Shown here: piece by piece, positions 38,601 to 51,427 of the stretch
Layout of the letters: each line of letters opens with the position of its first letter
How positions within the stretch are numbered: the first letter of the stretch is position 1
Source: Octopus bimaculoides
Taxonomy: Eukaryota
Reading direction: 5' to 3'
Assembly: GCF_001194135.2 (NCBI RefSeq)
Contig: NC_068993.1
Coordinates: 35,873,880 to 35,937,879, forward strand
Length of the DNA stretch: 64,000 nt
Position numbers and translations under genes: made by a program
The notes under the pieces: model-generated
Told to the model about the DNA's origin: nothing
Database searches by the model: none
What the model saw: only the letters and a program-made list of their open reading frames with translations

Positions 38601-39108
38601 GTCCATAGAGGACGATATTACTGTTGTTTTTAGCCCCAGGAGGTCATCTCCTCCAGCTGGCTGACGATACACTGTCTGTGTCCGATTAGTATTTGCGAGG
38701 GGAATTTAATTCATCGTTTCCATATCCAGCCTTAAGTGAAATACACAGAGCCAGGTTTCTGAGTAGTAACCCGTCATCAGTGTGTGATAATCACGAGCTA
38801 GTGATAAAAAGTCATTCCACATGAAGAAGACTATGTGCTTTTTCCAGTGACAAATTAATTGTCACTGATCTCGAAAAACGGGTTACTACTCAGAAACCCA
38901 GATCTGTATGTATCACAAAAGGGAACGATGATTTCCCCTCGCAAATACTAATCGGACACAGACAAGGAGTCGTTAGCGAGCTGGAGGAGATGTCCTCCTG
39001 GGGCTAAAAACAACAGTTGCATAGTCCCCTATTGGACCGCCACATTTAGTTGGCAATTATATTTTACGATTCCGTACTGCTACTATTTACTTCTCGCTCA
39101 GAGATTTA
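38601..39108. mobile_element. Fold-back/MITE-like element with long inverted repeats
   Basis: About 105-bp inverted arms (38601-38705 and 38933-39037) plus a perfect inner 19-bp inverted pair (ggtttctgagtagtaaccc / gggttactactcagaaacc). The right end ttacttctcgctcagagattta is shared with the 21844-22277 element. Confidence 0.8.
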
Positions 39109-40130
39109 ATATTGTATATATATATATATATATATATATCCATGATGTTCACACATGTATATAACCATATACATATACATATATATATATATATAAACAT
39201 ATACATATACATGTTTTTTTATATAAATTTGTATCTATGTGACCATCACTTCTATGTAATTAATATTATTTAACTATCACCTTACGTTAGTGAAAGGTAC
39301 GTAAAGTTGTGTAATTAACATATAAGCAATCTTTCATGCTTTGTCTTTATATACCAGTGGTGACTCCGGCACTCGGGCTCTACGGGCTTAGAGCGAGTAT
39401 AAATTTAGTAAAGTGAACGTGTATTTACAGGCTGATTTAATTTCTACTAACACTGACTTCAAGTATGTAATTGCAGTCAATAACTCGGGCTTCTTTTATT
39501 GAGCATGGTCGTAGTTCATATATTTTCGTTCAGATCTGGCGGTTGTATTAGAGGTGCCCTGTGTCAAAAAATATTATTCTTAGCAGACGTTCTCTCAACA
39601 TCGTTCACACGCGCCTGACACGGTCTCGGAAGTTACATCCCAAGTTGTTATCTATAATTGTAAAAATTAAAAGTAATTAAAGTTCAATGTTTTCTTGAAA
39701 AAAATTCTATAGAGATTAAAATTTAAATTCCAATCTATGAAAAGTTTCCGTTCTACAATATTCTTAAAGGAACGAAAAATTATCTAGCAACTCGGGCTAA
39801 TACGAACGAGCCTAGTAGGTGTAAAAGATTAACTGGTACCTTTTGCCAAGAGAACAGGTGATAATCAGAGCGCTAATGTTTATTCTGCACTCCGCTGTTG
39901 TTATTTGATTACTGCTTTTCTGTGCTTCTGTGTATAAATTTCAGTTGTGTTTTACAGGGTTGCTTTTAGAAATGGAGAAAGATATATCAAAACTATATTT
40001 CTGTCTTATTGTTAAATTATCAGTGCGCATATAAATCTGCGGTGCGCATTACCTCTCTTACCTTCTTTTATACATGTGTCTTACGTGAAATCTGTGATGA
40101 GCCCGAGTGATGCTGTTGGCCTGGCGTCGC

Positions 40131-40175
<45 letters not shown>

Positions 40176-40492
40176 ATATATATATATATTGAACTCATGT
40201 GTTGAAATAAGTTTTGATGTATGTCGGGAGGGTCATTATGCCAAATAATAAGGCAAACAGATTTGAAGTAGACATCTTGTACATAGGGTAAGTCATTGAA
40301 AAGGTCACGTGGGTTGACGAAAGGCCTTTGACAAACCTAGTTGACTTATTGAACGACTGAACAATACATCAAGCAATCGTTTACTTAAGCGGTAGATGAT
40401 TTAAATAAGAAGTGAAATAGGACCAATGCGCGTGTTTATTACTTGTTACATGACAACAATATACATATAAATATATATATATATATATATAA

Positions 40493-40524
<32 letters not shown>

Positions 40525-40886
40525 GGGGAGAGAGATTCATATGTATGTATGTATGTATGTATGTATCTTTGTCTTTGTACCATGTGACTGTTTAATCGTT
40601 GTGCACTCTCAGTGAATAAATACCTGGCTTAAATGTACTAAAATTGCATTACCTAAGTAAAACAGAATACGTGTCTCTATATCTGTATATTTGTCTGCAT
40701 GTATGTCTGTGTATTCGTATGTGCGTATGTATGAGTCTCTGTTTCCATGTCTGTCTGTTTGTATTGTGTTCTTTTTTTTCTCTCTGCTTATCCCTGTAAC
40801 CGACCATCTATCTTGTTTTCCATACAAATGCATTAAGCTTTCAACGTATTTCCTCTTCCATTAGTACTAACCTGCTTTCCTCATAC

Positions 40887-40934
<48 letters not shown>

Positions 40935-41302
40935 CTCCTTCTCCCACCTTCTCTATCTCTCTGCCCCTCTCTCGCTCCCTCTATTCATTTTCTCTTCTTT
41001 TTATCACTTGTAAGATACATCGAATCGAGTTTTTCCGTGGCCATTCACTGCGACATTGCTGTTTTTATTCGTCTTGCCGACTGTTATATAGTGAGAAAGC
41101 TCTTCATTGATTGCCGTCACACAATTGAACTCATAAATGTGATCTGCTCTGCAGTTCACCCTTTTCCGTGATATTTCCAAAAACTTCGTTTGTTCCATCG
41201 TTCTAATCTCTTAAGAATTCTTTCAAAGACATTAGAACAAACATGCAATGTGTTTGGAAGGAATAATTTCTTTATCAGGAATGGTGAACTTTTATGAAGC
41301 AA

Positions 41303-41344
<42 letters not shown>

Positions 41345-41411
41345 CGGTGGTGGTGGTGGTGGTAGTGGTGGTGGTGGTGGTGGTGGTGGTGGTGGTGGTG
41401 GTGGTACTTCN

Positions 41412-41700
41412 NNNNNNNNNNNNNNNNCCCATTCTTTACCTCAGAAGGTTGTGCATAAGTTGAGGGCAATTTAGAGTCTATTTGCGGCATATCTAACAAC
41501 CCCAAAAGGGCTCCTCTCATTGTTTGATATTTGCTACCTTTATAAAAGTGGTAAAATTAGGCTTATATATCCAATAGGTTTTACATTTTCACTCTTACTT
41601 TCTTCTTCTTCTTCTTCTTCTTCTTCTTCTTCTTCTTCTTCTTTTTCTTCTTCTTCTTCTTCTTCTTCTTCTTCTTCTTCTTCTTCTTCTTCTTCTCCAC
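41412..41700. repeat. (TCT)n tract at about 41600-41697; a (GTA)n/(GGT)n tract lies just upstream at 41303-41405
   Basis: Seen directly; these tracts generate the poly-E/S/V ORFs. Confidence 0.85.
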
Positions 41701-42632
41701 CACCCTGCCCTTTTACTTTTTTCCTCCTATGTCCACTTTTTTCTCTTTCTTCTATTTCTTCTGCTGCTATATGAATCAACTCTCCCTCACGTGACGTCTC
41801 TCTGTATAAAGAAGGGAAACGCACTGTGGATAATAAAGTTCTCCATATTTGCTTTACCAGGAAATGAAGGCGACTGGTCATGGCTAGAACACTTTGCATT
41901 ATAGATGTGTTAACCTGAAGTATTTTTTCCTTAATATAATTGTGTAGCGCCAGGAACCCTCTAAAAGAGACAAGAGAACGTGAGAGAGAAGTAATAAATG
42001 AATTCTGGCTGGCTGGCTGGTTGGTTATTTTTCCAGCCACGCTTTATATAGTATAGAGAGAGTAGGAGAGAGAGGAACAGAAAGATACAGAAAGAGTTAA
42101 TGTAAGCGGTGTGGGATGAGTGAACACACAGGACTCGGTGGCAGGAGGAAGAAAGAGAATAAATGACAGTAAGAAGTTATACAAATAAATTTGTCTTATT
42201 TAATTTTATTTTATTTGAAAGTAGTATTTTTCTTTTGCAAATTAGTATTCATTACATCACTTTGTATAAGTACCAAAAATCGATAAAAGATTATAATTAT
42301 TGTGTTTGCCATATTTCCTGATATTAGCCATGTTGGAATAGTATACTTCTAGTTACCCGTCATATGACGAGGGTTTTTTGATGTTTGTGTAGTCTATTAA
42401 AATCTCACCCTTTCACATTTTCTCATTTTTTTCAATATTTACTTTTTCACCTACTCTTGCAATGTTCATAAGTATTTTTAACTTCTCTTAACGTCTCTTA
42501 ACTCCCCCTGATTTATTCAGATACAATATTTTCCCTTCCTCTTTTACCTTCCGAACCTCTCCTACTAACGACGTTATTCTGTTGTCTTTCTATGCAAGAC
42601 CATAAGCGTATTGCCGGAGATACACCAACACA

Positions 42633-42673
<41 letters not shown>

Positions 42674-45071
42674 TTCACACACACACACATACACATACAC
42701 ACATATGTATAATTTATTTAAGCAGCAGTAAGCAAATGTGTACCAACAAGAACTATAACCATCATTAAATAAAACAAAGGGTGTCACAAACCCCTACATT
42801 GCTAGAAATAAGAATTAAACACTCTAATGCTGAAGTCAAATCACATAATTGTATACATACATGCTGACAGGGACCGTAAACGCCCGAAAAGCAGCGGTCG
42901 AGATATTCCCAGACTGATCGGTCAGTTTCGGCTTTCGCCGTAGTCTCTTTGGTGAGATCGGCCCGACTCGGCTGATTCCGGACGACAATCACTCCCAGCA
43001 CATGTCTACGTCATAGAAATCTATGGATGATTTAGAGAATCGCTGTGTATACAAATAATTTATTTAGGCAGCAGTAAGCAAATGTGTATCAACATGAACT
43101 ATAACCGTCGTTGAATATGACTGAGGGTGTTACAAACACCTACATTGCTAGAAATAAGAGCTAGACGCTCTTATGCTGCAAAGGTGTTAGACAGAATGAA
43201 TTTTTCGTAATAAACTAATCTTCTTATATTTTCGTTAGAAGAAGAAACAGAAGGAAGAGAAACAGTGAATGGCTGAGCAGCATTGTTGTGCGAAGGCCTT
43301 AGCAACGTAATAGGTATAGGAGTGTTTCGTAAGTGTTTCGTGAGATGTTCATCTGGAATAAGGCAACTTTGATACACCCAAACCTCCTAATCTCAGATAC
43401 ATGATGAAAAGATTTAAACTAAACAAGTCCACAGCACACTCATCAATTATAATGTCCTTTGACTGAGTACAGTATTTATCTGTATCTAACTATGGTACCG
43501 ATTTTAAAGTTAGATGGGTGCGGAGCACCTAATGATCTTTGACTCTCCTTGTAAGGTACAACTTACGTGACGGCAACATAATACGAACTGATAACCATTT
43601 CTAACCATACACCATCGATGACTTTTATTACGTGTAATCAAACACTTTTAGTAGCAGATTTAATCTATCGCCTGATTTAACACCGCAAGCAGGCCCAGAG
43701 GGTGCCTTAGACGTAATTCAGTTTGATTCAAATATTCGGAGCGGAGATCTCATCATGCTCCACCCACTACTCATGCAGCCCCTGAAACAGGTTATGCGCG
43801 TAGCCCTCACTTCTTTAATTAAGCAATAAATATTAAAATAGTTCATTAGGGGAACTAATTACAAGTAGAAACAATCGTTGATTTATTAACATTATATTGC
43901 ACTTATATAATAGTAGTTAGGTAGTAATATTTGGCTTTCAAAGTTAAGAGATAATAGCCTTTGTCATAATTAACGCCACAATCAGAGATTGAGATGGTAA
44001 TTTGAAGAATAGGTCTATTGTTCTTCATTATCATTTTACATATGAGAGTGCAGACAACCGGAACGGGGAATTGAAACTCAGTTTCTATTATTGCTTGTTG
44101 AAAGCTCACCATTTGCTCTCCGGCACTAAACACATCATTGGCAACATTTCAAGGCGATTGGTATTTGATTGGCTATGATGAAAAGTTTCTTAAAGAAACA
44201 CAAGTTCCTTTTATTCATTTTATCCAATAGTGACTGTATCTAAGACTTGATATTGGTGATTAAATACAAAGAAAAAGAACTCAAAGGTTACTCTTCACGA
44301 AAATCTCGTTTGTAAATGAATGTTCTATACTTTGCAAGCTGGCATCTATAAATGGAATGTAGCCATCTATAAACTTCAATACAGAGCATTTTGTTCCCAT
44401 TTATACGAATTTGTGTAACCAGCATTATCTTTATTTAAGACAGCTAACCTATCTAGTATAAAGTGGTGAATAGCCTCTTTTTAATATATTACGTTGCAGT
44501 TTCTAATATCAAATCAACGTCAACGATTTTTTCATTAAATAACCAAACTTCATACAAGGAATAATCTTTGTAATTTGGTTCTGAAGAAAAGTGGTGGGTA
44601 ACAGAATTCTTTGGGCTATTGAATTATCTTTTTTATATACATTCTGAGTTCAACCCCCTTCATCATTCAGGTGTTGATAAAATAAGTACCAATTAAGTAT
44701 TGGAATTACTTAGATCAACTACACTTTTCCCCAAAGTGTATGGTTTTCGAAGATGGCAATGAATGACATGGCGTCGTGTGATATGTCCTGCGAGTACAAC
44801 CATTTATCTGCATGTTTCCAGTTCAAATTCTCTTGCTAATGGTTAAATAGTATAAGTGAGGAACTCAATCGGATTTTCTACCAAAGACAAAAAAGGTCTT
44901 TAGATTTTGGAGATGACAATTATCAGAGAAAAAATTGAAGCCCACACTAAATGTTTTAAAATATTCAGGTTCGCTTTTTTAAGTTTAAGTTAAAAGGTCA
45001 TCGGGGCTTAATTTGCTTGCAAATAGCAGATATAGCTATATTCTCACTCACATACCTACGTGTATTTCATA

Positions 45072-45990
45072 TATTATGCTGTCAGATAAATTCGTTCGTT
45101 TCTTTCCAATGTCATTTCAATTAACACGAAACATTTTCTAGCGTAGTGTTTTGTTCTCGCTGTTTAATTCTTTTGACGGGGTTAGCAGGTTGTAGCTCTA
45201 TTCTTCTTCTCCAACTTTTGTTTGTCGTCTTAAAATTTTCAATATATATTTATCTTTTTTCAGACATATGGCGATGGCATGCCAATTACAAAAAAATAGC
45301 ATTTTCAATACTTGCTTCTCTTCGCTTTCAGTTAATGTTCCTTCCAAAGCCGCTCAAGACATTTATGCTGTGTACAAAGAAGGCGCTGTTATTGAAAGAA
45401 CTGCACAGAAATGGTTTTCACTCTTCAAGGAGGAGAAATTCGACCTCACACTCTCACCACGTTCTGGCCGACCTGTTCGGTTCAATGAGAATCGATTAGA
45501 CGAGCTCTTCTAAGAAGATACGCGCTAGTTTGCTAGGGAATTAGCCCAGCAGAAAAGATGTTCTGATGATACTCTCACCCGTCATTTTCACTCACTGGTT
45601 AAGGCTCAAAAGGTTGGTACATGTGTGCCACACGCTCTGGACAAAACAGAAGAAAGAATGACTGAGTCCAGATTGGCAAGCAACACCTCAGGCCAAGCCA
45701 GAATTCCATCCTTGCAAAACAATGATATGCGTTTGGTTGCATTGAGGAGGTCTAATCTACAGCGAAATACTTGAAAATAGCCACACAGTTAATACAGAGA
45801 ATTGAGTTCAACAAATGCACTGAAACAAAGACAATCCGACCGAAACGATCCGACCATCGTGCTTCTTCAACACAACAATGCTTGACTCTACATCGATAAT
45901 TTGAGAAAAAATACTATTCAAAAGTTCAGTCGGGACTTCTTTCACATCTACCGAGTTATCCTGATAGAGCAGCTTCAGCTTATTTCTTTC
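45072..45990 (+). mobile_element. Degenerate, internally deleted mariner
   Basis: HTH region KAAQDIYAVYKEGAVIERTAQKWFSLFKEEKFDL..SPRSGRP, then VGTCVPHAL joined to ATPQAKPEFHPCKTMICVW (TCDEKW block missing), then LLQHNNA. Confidence 0.75.
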
Positions 45991-46159
45991 CTTCAGTCGA
46001 TTTCTGTCAGACCTAGCAAAGGAATATCTTAAGCAAACAAGTGTTTGTATCCACTGAATTTTCCATAACTGCAGAAGGCATTTATATTTTCTCGCCTAAA
46101 GTTTGCAGCAGCGTAAAATTCGAATTCTGAGAAAGACATTAAATGGATAGATAGATATC

Positions 46160-46380
46160 TTTTAGCTTTTACTTATTTCAGTAATTAGACTGCAGCCATG
46201 CTATGTCACCGCTTTGAAGAATTTTTAGTCGAACGAATCGATTATAGGACCTTTTTGTTAGCCTGATACTTACACTATCGGTTTCTTTTGTAGGACCGCT
46301 AAGTTACGGGTACGTAAACAAAACAACACCGGTTGTCAAGCGAGGTTGACGGTGTACAAACACAGACACGAAGACACCCT
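46160..46380 (-). mobile_element. SINE family B, 3' half
   Basis: ttttacttatttcagtaattagactgcagccatgc...accgctaagttacgggtacgtaaaca..caccggttgtcaagcg. Confidence 0.8.
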
Positions 46381-48135
46381 CCGCACAGACATGTATGTGT
46401 GTGCAATATATGCATATATTTATACATATGTATGAATAACAAACGCGTTATCTCTGCTAAAGACTGTACAATAATGTAAATGCATTTGTTCTGTACAAAT
46501 GACGGGAAAAATAATCGAAGAGTTTTCTGAGGAACCGTTTCATAATGTGTTGATCATTTCTCAGACAAGGCATAACCAATCTCCTTCCCTGATCAATTTC
46601 AGAGAGTATTCAACTTCTATATATAGTGGCAGGTAACTATGCTAGTACACTGATAGAGAGCTTAATTTACATGTTTATACTTAGATGGCTCGTCGTTATG
46701 TTACAATATATATTTTGTGCATAACATATGTACTGCAATAGATTTAAATAGTACAAAACCATTGGCTGTGATCAGGAACTGTGTGAGAAGGTAAACACAT
46801 TCCTTCTATGGTGTTGATGTAGGGAAAAGCAAGTTGTTGCGGACTATCAATCGCATGTTTGAAGACAAAGTACTTTTAAACGTTTGCGTCTTCCCATCTG
46901 GTAGATCTAACACCTACACAACTATACTAGATGTAAATATTAAAATATGTTTCATTTCTAAAGGTCAGGTTAATTGTTTTATCAATAAAATATCTCAGAC
47001 ATTAATATATTTAGTAAATATTTCAGAAAATCAAAATTGAAAAGTTATCAATAAAACAAAAGATAGGCAATTCAGAACATAAAATATATTTAATTCTAAT
47101 TTCTAGTTCTTTATACAAAAATATATTTGCCTGCTAAATTTTTTTCCTGAAAGTTTATTGAAACATCAAATTGAATTCATGATGTATATTTGATGTTACA
47201 AAATTGAACATGGTTTATGAATTGTTAACTATCTTAATGATAGCTGTCACGCTAGGTCATGCAACCAACTCTGTTTGCATAATTACTTATTAATCTTCAA
47301 CCACGAATGTCTCCTAGCAATGAAAATAAGTTCAACATAAACAGTATTCATATCAAGTCTGTGTTGAAGTTAAACAACTTTCCTTCTAACCTTCTCCATA
47401 AAATATCTGTACACTTTAATCACAAGAAAAATATGTTGGAATATTTTCCTCCTTTTACTAAGTTCACTTGTGCAGAAGAACTTTAATTCAACACAATATA
47501 CGTGTGCGATATTTAAGAAATATAGAGAACCATATTATGTCACTGTTAACGTTATTAATGCTATAATAAAGATGTATGGAAATGTATGCCAGAAACGGTA
47601 GCGCACCAGACAAAATAAACTGCGTATTTAACTACATCACCTTACATTCTGAGTTCAAATGAGCTCAATTACTCTTTGGATTTCATCCTTCTAAGTTCCA
47701 TGATACAGTGGTGCTACTGCCCCATTGGCAATGATGTTACTAAAACTGTAGTGTACCAAACTAAATGTATTTCAGTAATTAGTGTTATCTCTTCAAGATT
47801 TTTACATAACATCTTAAAGGGCCAAAGCACTTTCATAAGCTTACTTTCAATAAAATCAGAATCAGACATATTTGTTGACACTAAGTAAACAAGGAATTAG
47901 GAGTCGTTGGAAATTTATGAACTCCAATCGAAAGAAACTTCCCACATCTACAAATTTGTGAACTTAGGTTAATGTAAGGAATATTTCTGTCGTAACCGTC
48001 CTCATTCGAAATCTTACCGGTATTGACTTTCATTCCTTCTAGGTTTCAAGAAAGCAAGAGACATGAATTGGTAATGGTTCAATAAAATATATACAAAAAT
48101 GTGGTGGTATGTATGTATGTATGTATGTATGTATG

Positions 48136-48415
48136 TCATTGTTCAGTTTTGTTTCAAGATTTCTTGCTAATAGAGAAAGAGCTGGTTTCTAACCTAGATC
48201 CAAGGCTCTTTCATTAGAATTTCAACATCAACAACAAGGTATTTTTGTATTTATGCATGTATGTATGTATGTATGTATGTATGTATGTATGTATGTACGT
48301 ATGTATGTATAGGTGCAGATTTGTACGGTTTGTTTTGTGTATGTGTTCTCATGCATATAGTTGGCATATATAGATATACCCGTGTATATCTATATGATAA
48401 ACTCCTGGAAAGTAT
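48136..48415 (-). mobile_element. 3' UTR remnant of the 22390-23340 RLE LINE lineage, between (TATG)n tracts
   Basis: gtttctaacctaga.cc.aggct..ttcatt.gaa.ttcaaca and gtgcagattt...gttctcatgcatata are shared with 22410-22575. Confidence 0.7.
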
Positions 48416-48875
48416 GTGTGTATATATGTATGTATGTATGTACCAATTCTGAGTGTTAAACTATAAAGATATCCCAGGAAAATTTCCTGGAAAAAATATG
48501 TAAATTTTCTTTAAGAGACCACCGCCCATAGTATAATGATGAATTTAAAACTTTAAGTACAAGTAAAAGCAATGTTTTTGGCCTGTTGTTGAGCTTCCAA
48601 GACTGGTATCAGTTGGAAACCGGAAAACTAGGCCGATTCTTGCAACAAGATAGATTCTTCTAAAGGCATGCAAATTGCCGGGAGACAGATTTGCCCAGCT
48701 AGCTCGATACTATCTGCAAATCTTACCGACATATATACGTATACAAGTTATGTTTAATTCTTCCTAAACTCACTGTACAAGTCTGTAAACATGCAGTGGT
48801 ACGTGCGTACACATTTATACAACCACACATATATAAGAATAAAGACTGTTATATATATATATCTATATATATCTA

Positions 48876-48933
<58 letters not shown>

Positions 48934-51014
48934 TACATATATACACATATATATGTATGTATGCATATATGTATGCACATATGTATTTATATATGTATGT
49001 ACGTATGTATATACACAATAAATACCTAGATGTTTAGATCCACACATTCAAAAATGGAATTGATCTACTTCAAGTGAATATCAGTTTATGCCTGAAGGCT
49101 AGAATGGATTCCGAAATTCCAATATCTTCATATCTAATATTTTGTTTAGTTTCCTTGTACAAGTTTTCCCAAATCATTTATTAATGGTCCATAGAGCTAC
49201 GAACGCTTGAAACGTCTCGGTGAGATTGTGTTATATACACAATAATACTGGGAGCACCTGTTATCTTTGAAAATAGTGTTTGTGGGTGTGTAACGATTGT
49301 AAGGGTGGAAGCCCACTTGCACCAGTAATTAATAGTATCTACTTAATCAAAGGTATCAATATTTCTAGTTGTTATTGCAGTTGTAATCAGCCCCCCAGAT
49401 TCACCATACTTCAATAGACGTATGTACAAACTTTAGTTCTGTGTATCTCATAATTTTGTCAAAAACTACATAATGTAATGTGTCCCTATTTTAGAAAATC
49501 AATGAGATGCCACTTCATTCAGGTTCATTGACCCTGTAGAGGTTCTCTCCTTGGCTAATTGTCTTTTATTTCTCTGTGCTGTCAACTAGTACCAGTAATA
49601 CATTGATCATGACTCACTCGACTGTATTACTCTCCTACAAACATCTACTTCACAGTTATTCAAAGAGAATTAAATACAACTCAACGGAACAGTGTCCTTT
49701 ATCATTTAATGCTTAAATATAGAGTAGACATTACTTGGTCGCTTCAAATTGCTGTTTCTATTATTTTATCAATGAATATTTATTGATTTCAGTACACTTA
49801 AGTCTCTTACAAGGAGCACTTACAATTACCTCTCCATGCTATTGTCTTTAAAAATAAGCAGACACACTTGCTCTTTCAATGAAACAAAAACAGCAATAAT
49901 TCTTCTGTATTAAAATTAGTATTCTTTCTGCGCCATTTTCAGTATCAGTCGCAATAGTAGAGATGTTACTGAAGATAAAAAGAAAATGCAGATATCTTCA
50001 ATGCTGTGTATTAATCCAGTAGACATACGTTTGTATACTGCTATAAATTCTTGTCGGAATATGTATGGGAATAGTATGATTCTATTTATATTTAATTCAT
50101 GTGTTGTGCGTGTAGATGCATGCGTACGTGTCTGGGTGTGAGTGTTCGCGTGTCTCTATATCTGAGTGCGTGTGTTAGCGTGTATTTGTGTTTATTCGTT
50201 TTGTATTCTTCATAGAAAACAGACTGCTGTTCATTGAAACAGAATGTTCATGTGCATCACATATACTATTCCTGGTACTATGTCTTCAAATGACTTGAGG
50301 AATTTTTGAGAGACATTATTCATAAAAATGAATTGTCTAACAATTTTGCGTAATTTCTTTCGCTTTTTGCAACAATTAAAGGATACAATGATTTACAAAA
50401 TTAATATAATTTACAATAGATAGTGTAGCTAATTGGTTTTGTACGAAACTATAGCAGAGGTGTAGTGGAGGGAAATATTCCTTCTTCATACATCATATTT
50501 GTTTATATTTATTTTCATTTTTTGTAGATGCCTGTATTATTTATATTGGAAACAACTTAATCTCTATGGATCTAACGTGTTTTCATGCGAAGCATTGTGA
50601 TCTTTTTTTCTTTTATTGTATCTGTTGTGCGATTAAGAGTTATCAACATAGATTTATGTGGTATTCACTGCTCGGGTACACACCCTTTCGCAGAAAATTG
50701 TTTAGAGACTCCGGTGTGTCCACTGGAGGCTGGACAAATCTTTCGATAGTTTTTGTTCTTTACTTTTTTCTGAAAAGTAACGACCATCTATGACAGATAA
50801 TTCTCCATAAAAGCTTTGAACTCATCAGATCAATTGTTATCATCTATTATTATTGCTTTACTTCTTAGAACGTTCGGTCTTGTTTGTTCTGGTAGATTCT
50901 GTGAGAACGCACAGCAGCCTGCTGTCAGAGAGGTCTCACATAGTCTCTTTCCGCACATTGTAAGCTTTGATACTCGGTTGTTAATTTTTCATGAGAGACA
51001 TTCAACACCCAGGT

Positions 51015-51370
51015 ATCAATATCAAAATCCAGTGGACGAACTTGGCCACGTAATCGTGCCTCCTTTTATAGTGCTTTTGAGCCACCTTGCTACATTCGCT
51101 CACAATATGTGAGATTGTTTCTTTTTGCTACCACACATCCAACAAAGGGTGATTCGCTGCTCTCATCAATTTGGAACTTGATGTAATTTTAGTTCTCAGA
51201 GTTTGTTCCTGAGCGCTGCATATTAATGCCTCAGTGCATCCTTTAAAATAACTTTTTCTTAGCCATCTCCAAGTGTTGGTCTTGTCTTTTCCTTCGATTT
51301 CTCTGAGATATTGTTCATGCAGTGATTTCGTTTTCCAACTGTTTATTCTTTCTTCTTCACATTCTTTCTT
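51015..51370 (-). mobile_element. R4/Dong-type LINE fragment (CCHC knuckle region)
   Basis: Minus translation WKTKSLHEQYLREIEG..TEALICSAQEQTLRT..CWMCGSKKETISHIVSECSKVAQKHYKRRHDYVAKFVHW. Its 5' end abuts a (TAA/TGA)n tract at 51373-51427. Confidence 0.85.
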
Positions 51371-51427
51371 GAATTATTATTATTATTATTATTATTATCA
51401 TTATCATCATCATCATCATCATCATTA

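Noticed and set aside
40093-40135. C/D-box-like pair (GTGATGA...CTGA)
   Set aside because: About 43 nt, too short for a typical snoRNA, with no terminal stem and no recognisable guide.
41540-42040. 166-aa minus-strand ORF with poly-E
   Set aside because: The acidic tract is a (TCT)n microsatellite, the rest shows no recognisable motif, and there is no convincing splice context.
49185-49225. gcttGAAACGTCtcgg resembling a hammerhead 3' half
   Set aside because: No CUGANGA box or convincing stem I/II upstream.
50540-51015. Sequence adjoining the Dong CCHC fragment
   Set aside because: It does not continue the Dong frame and I cannot assign it to any family.
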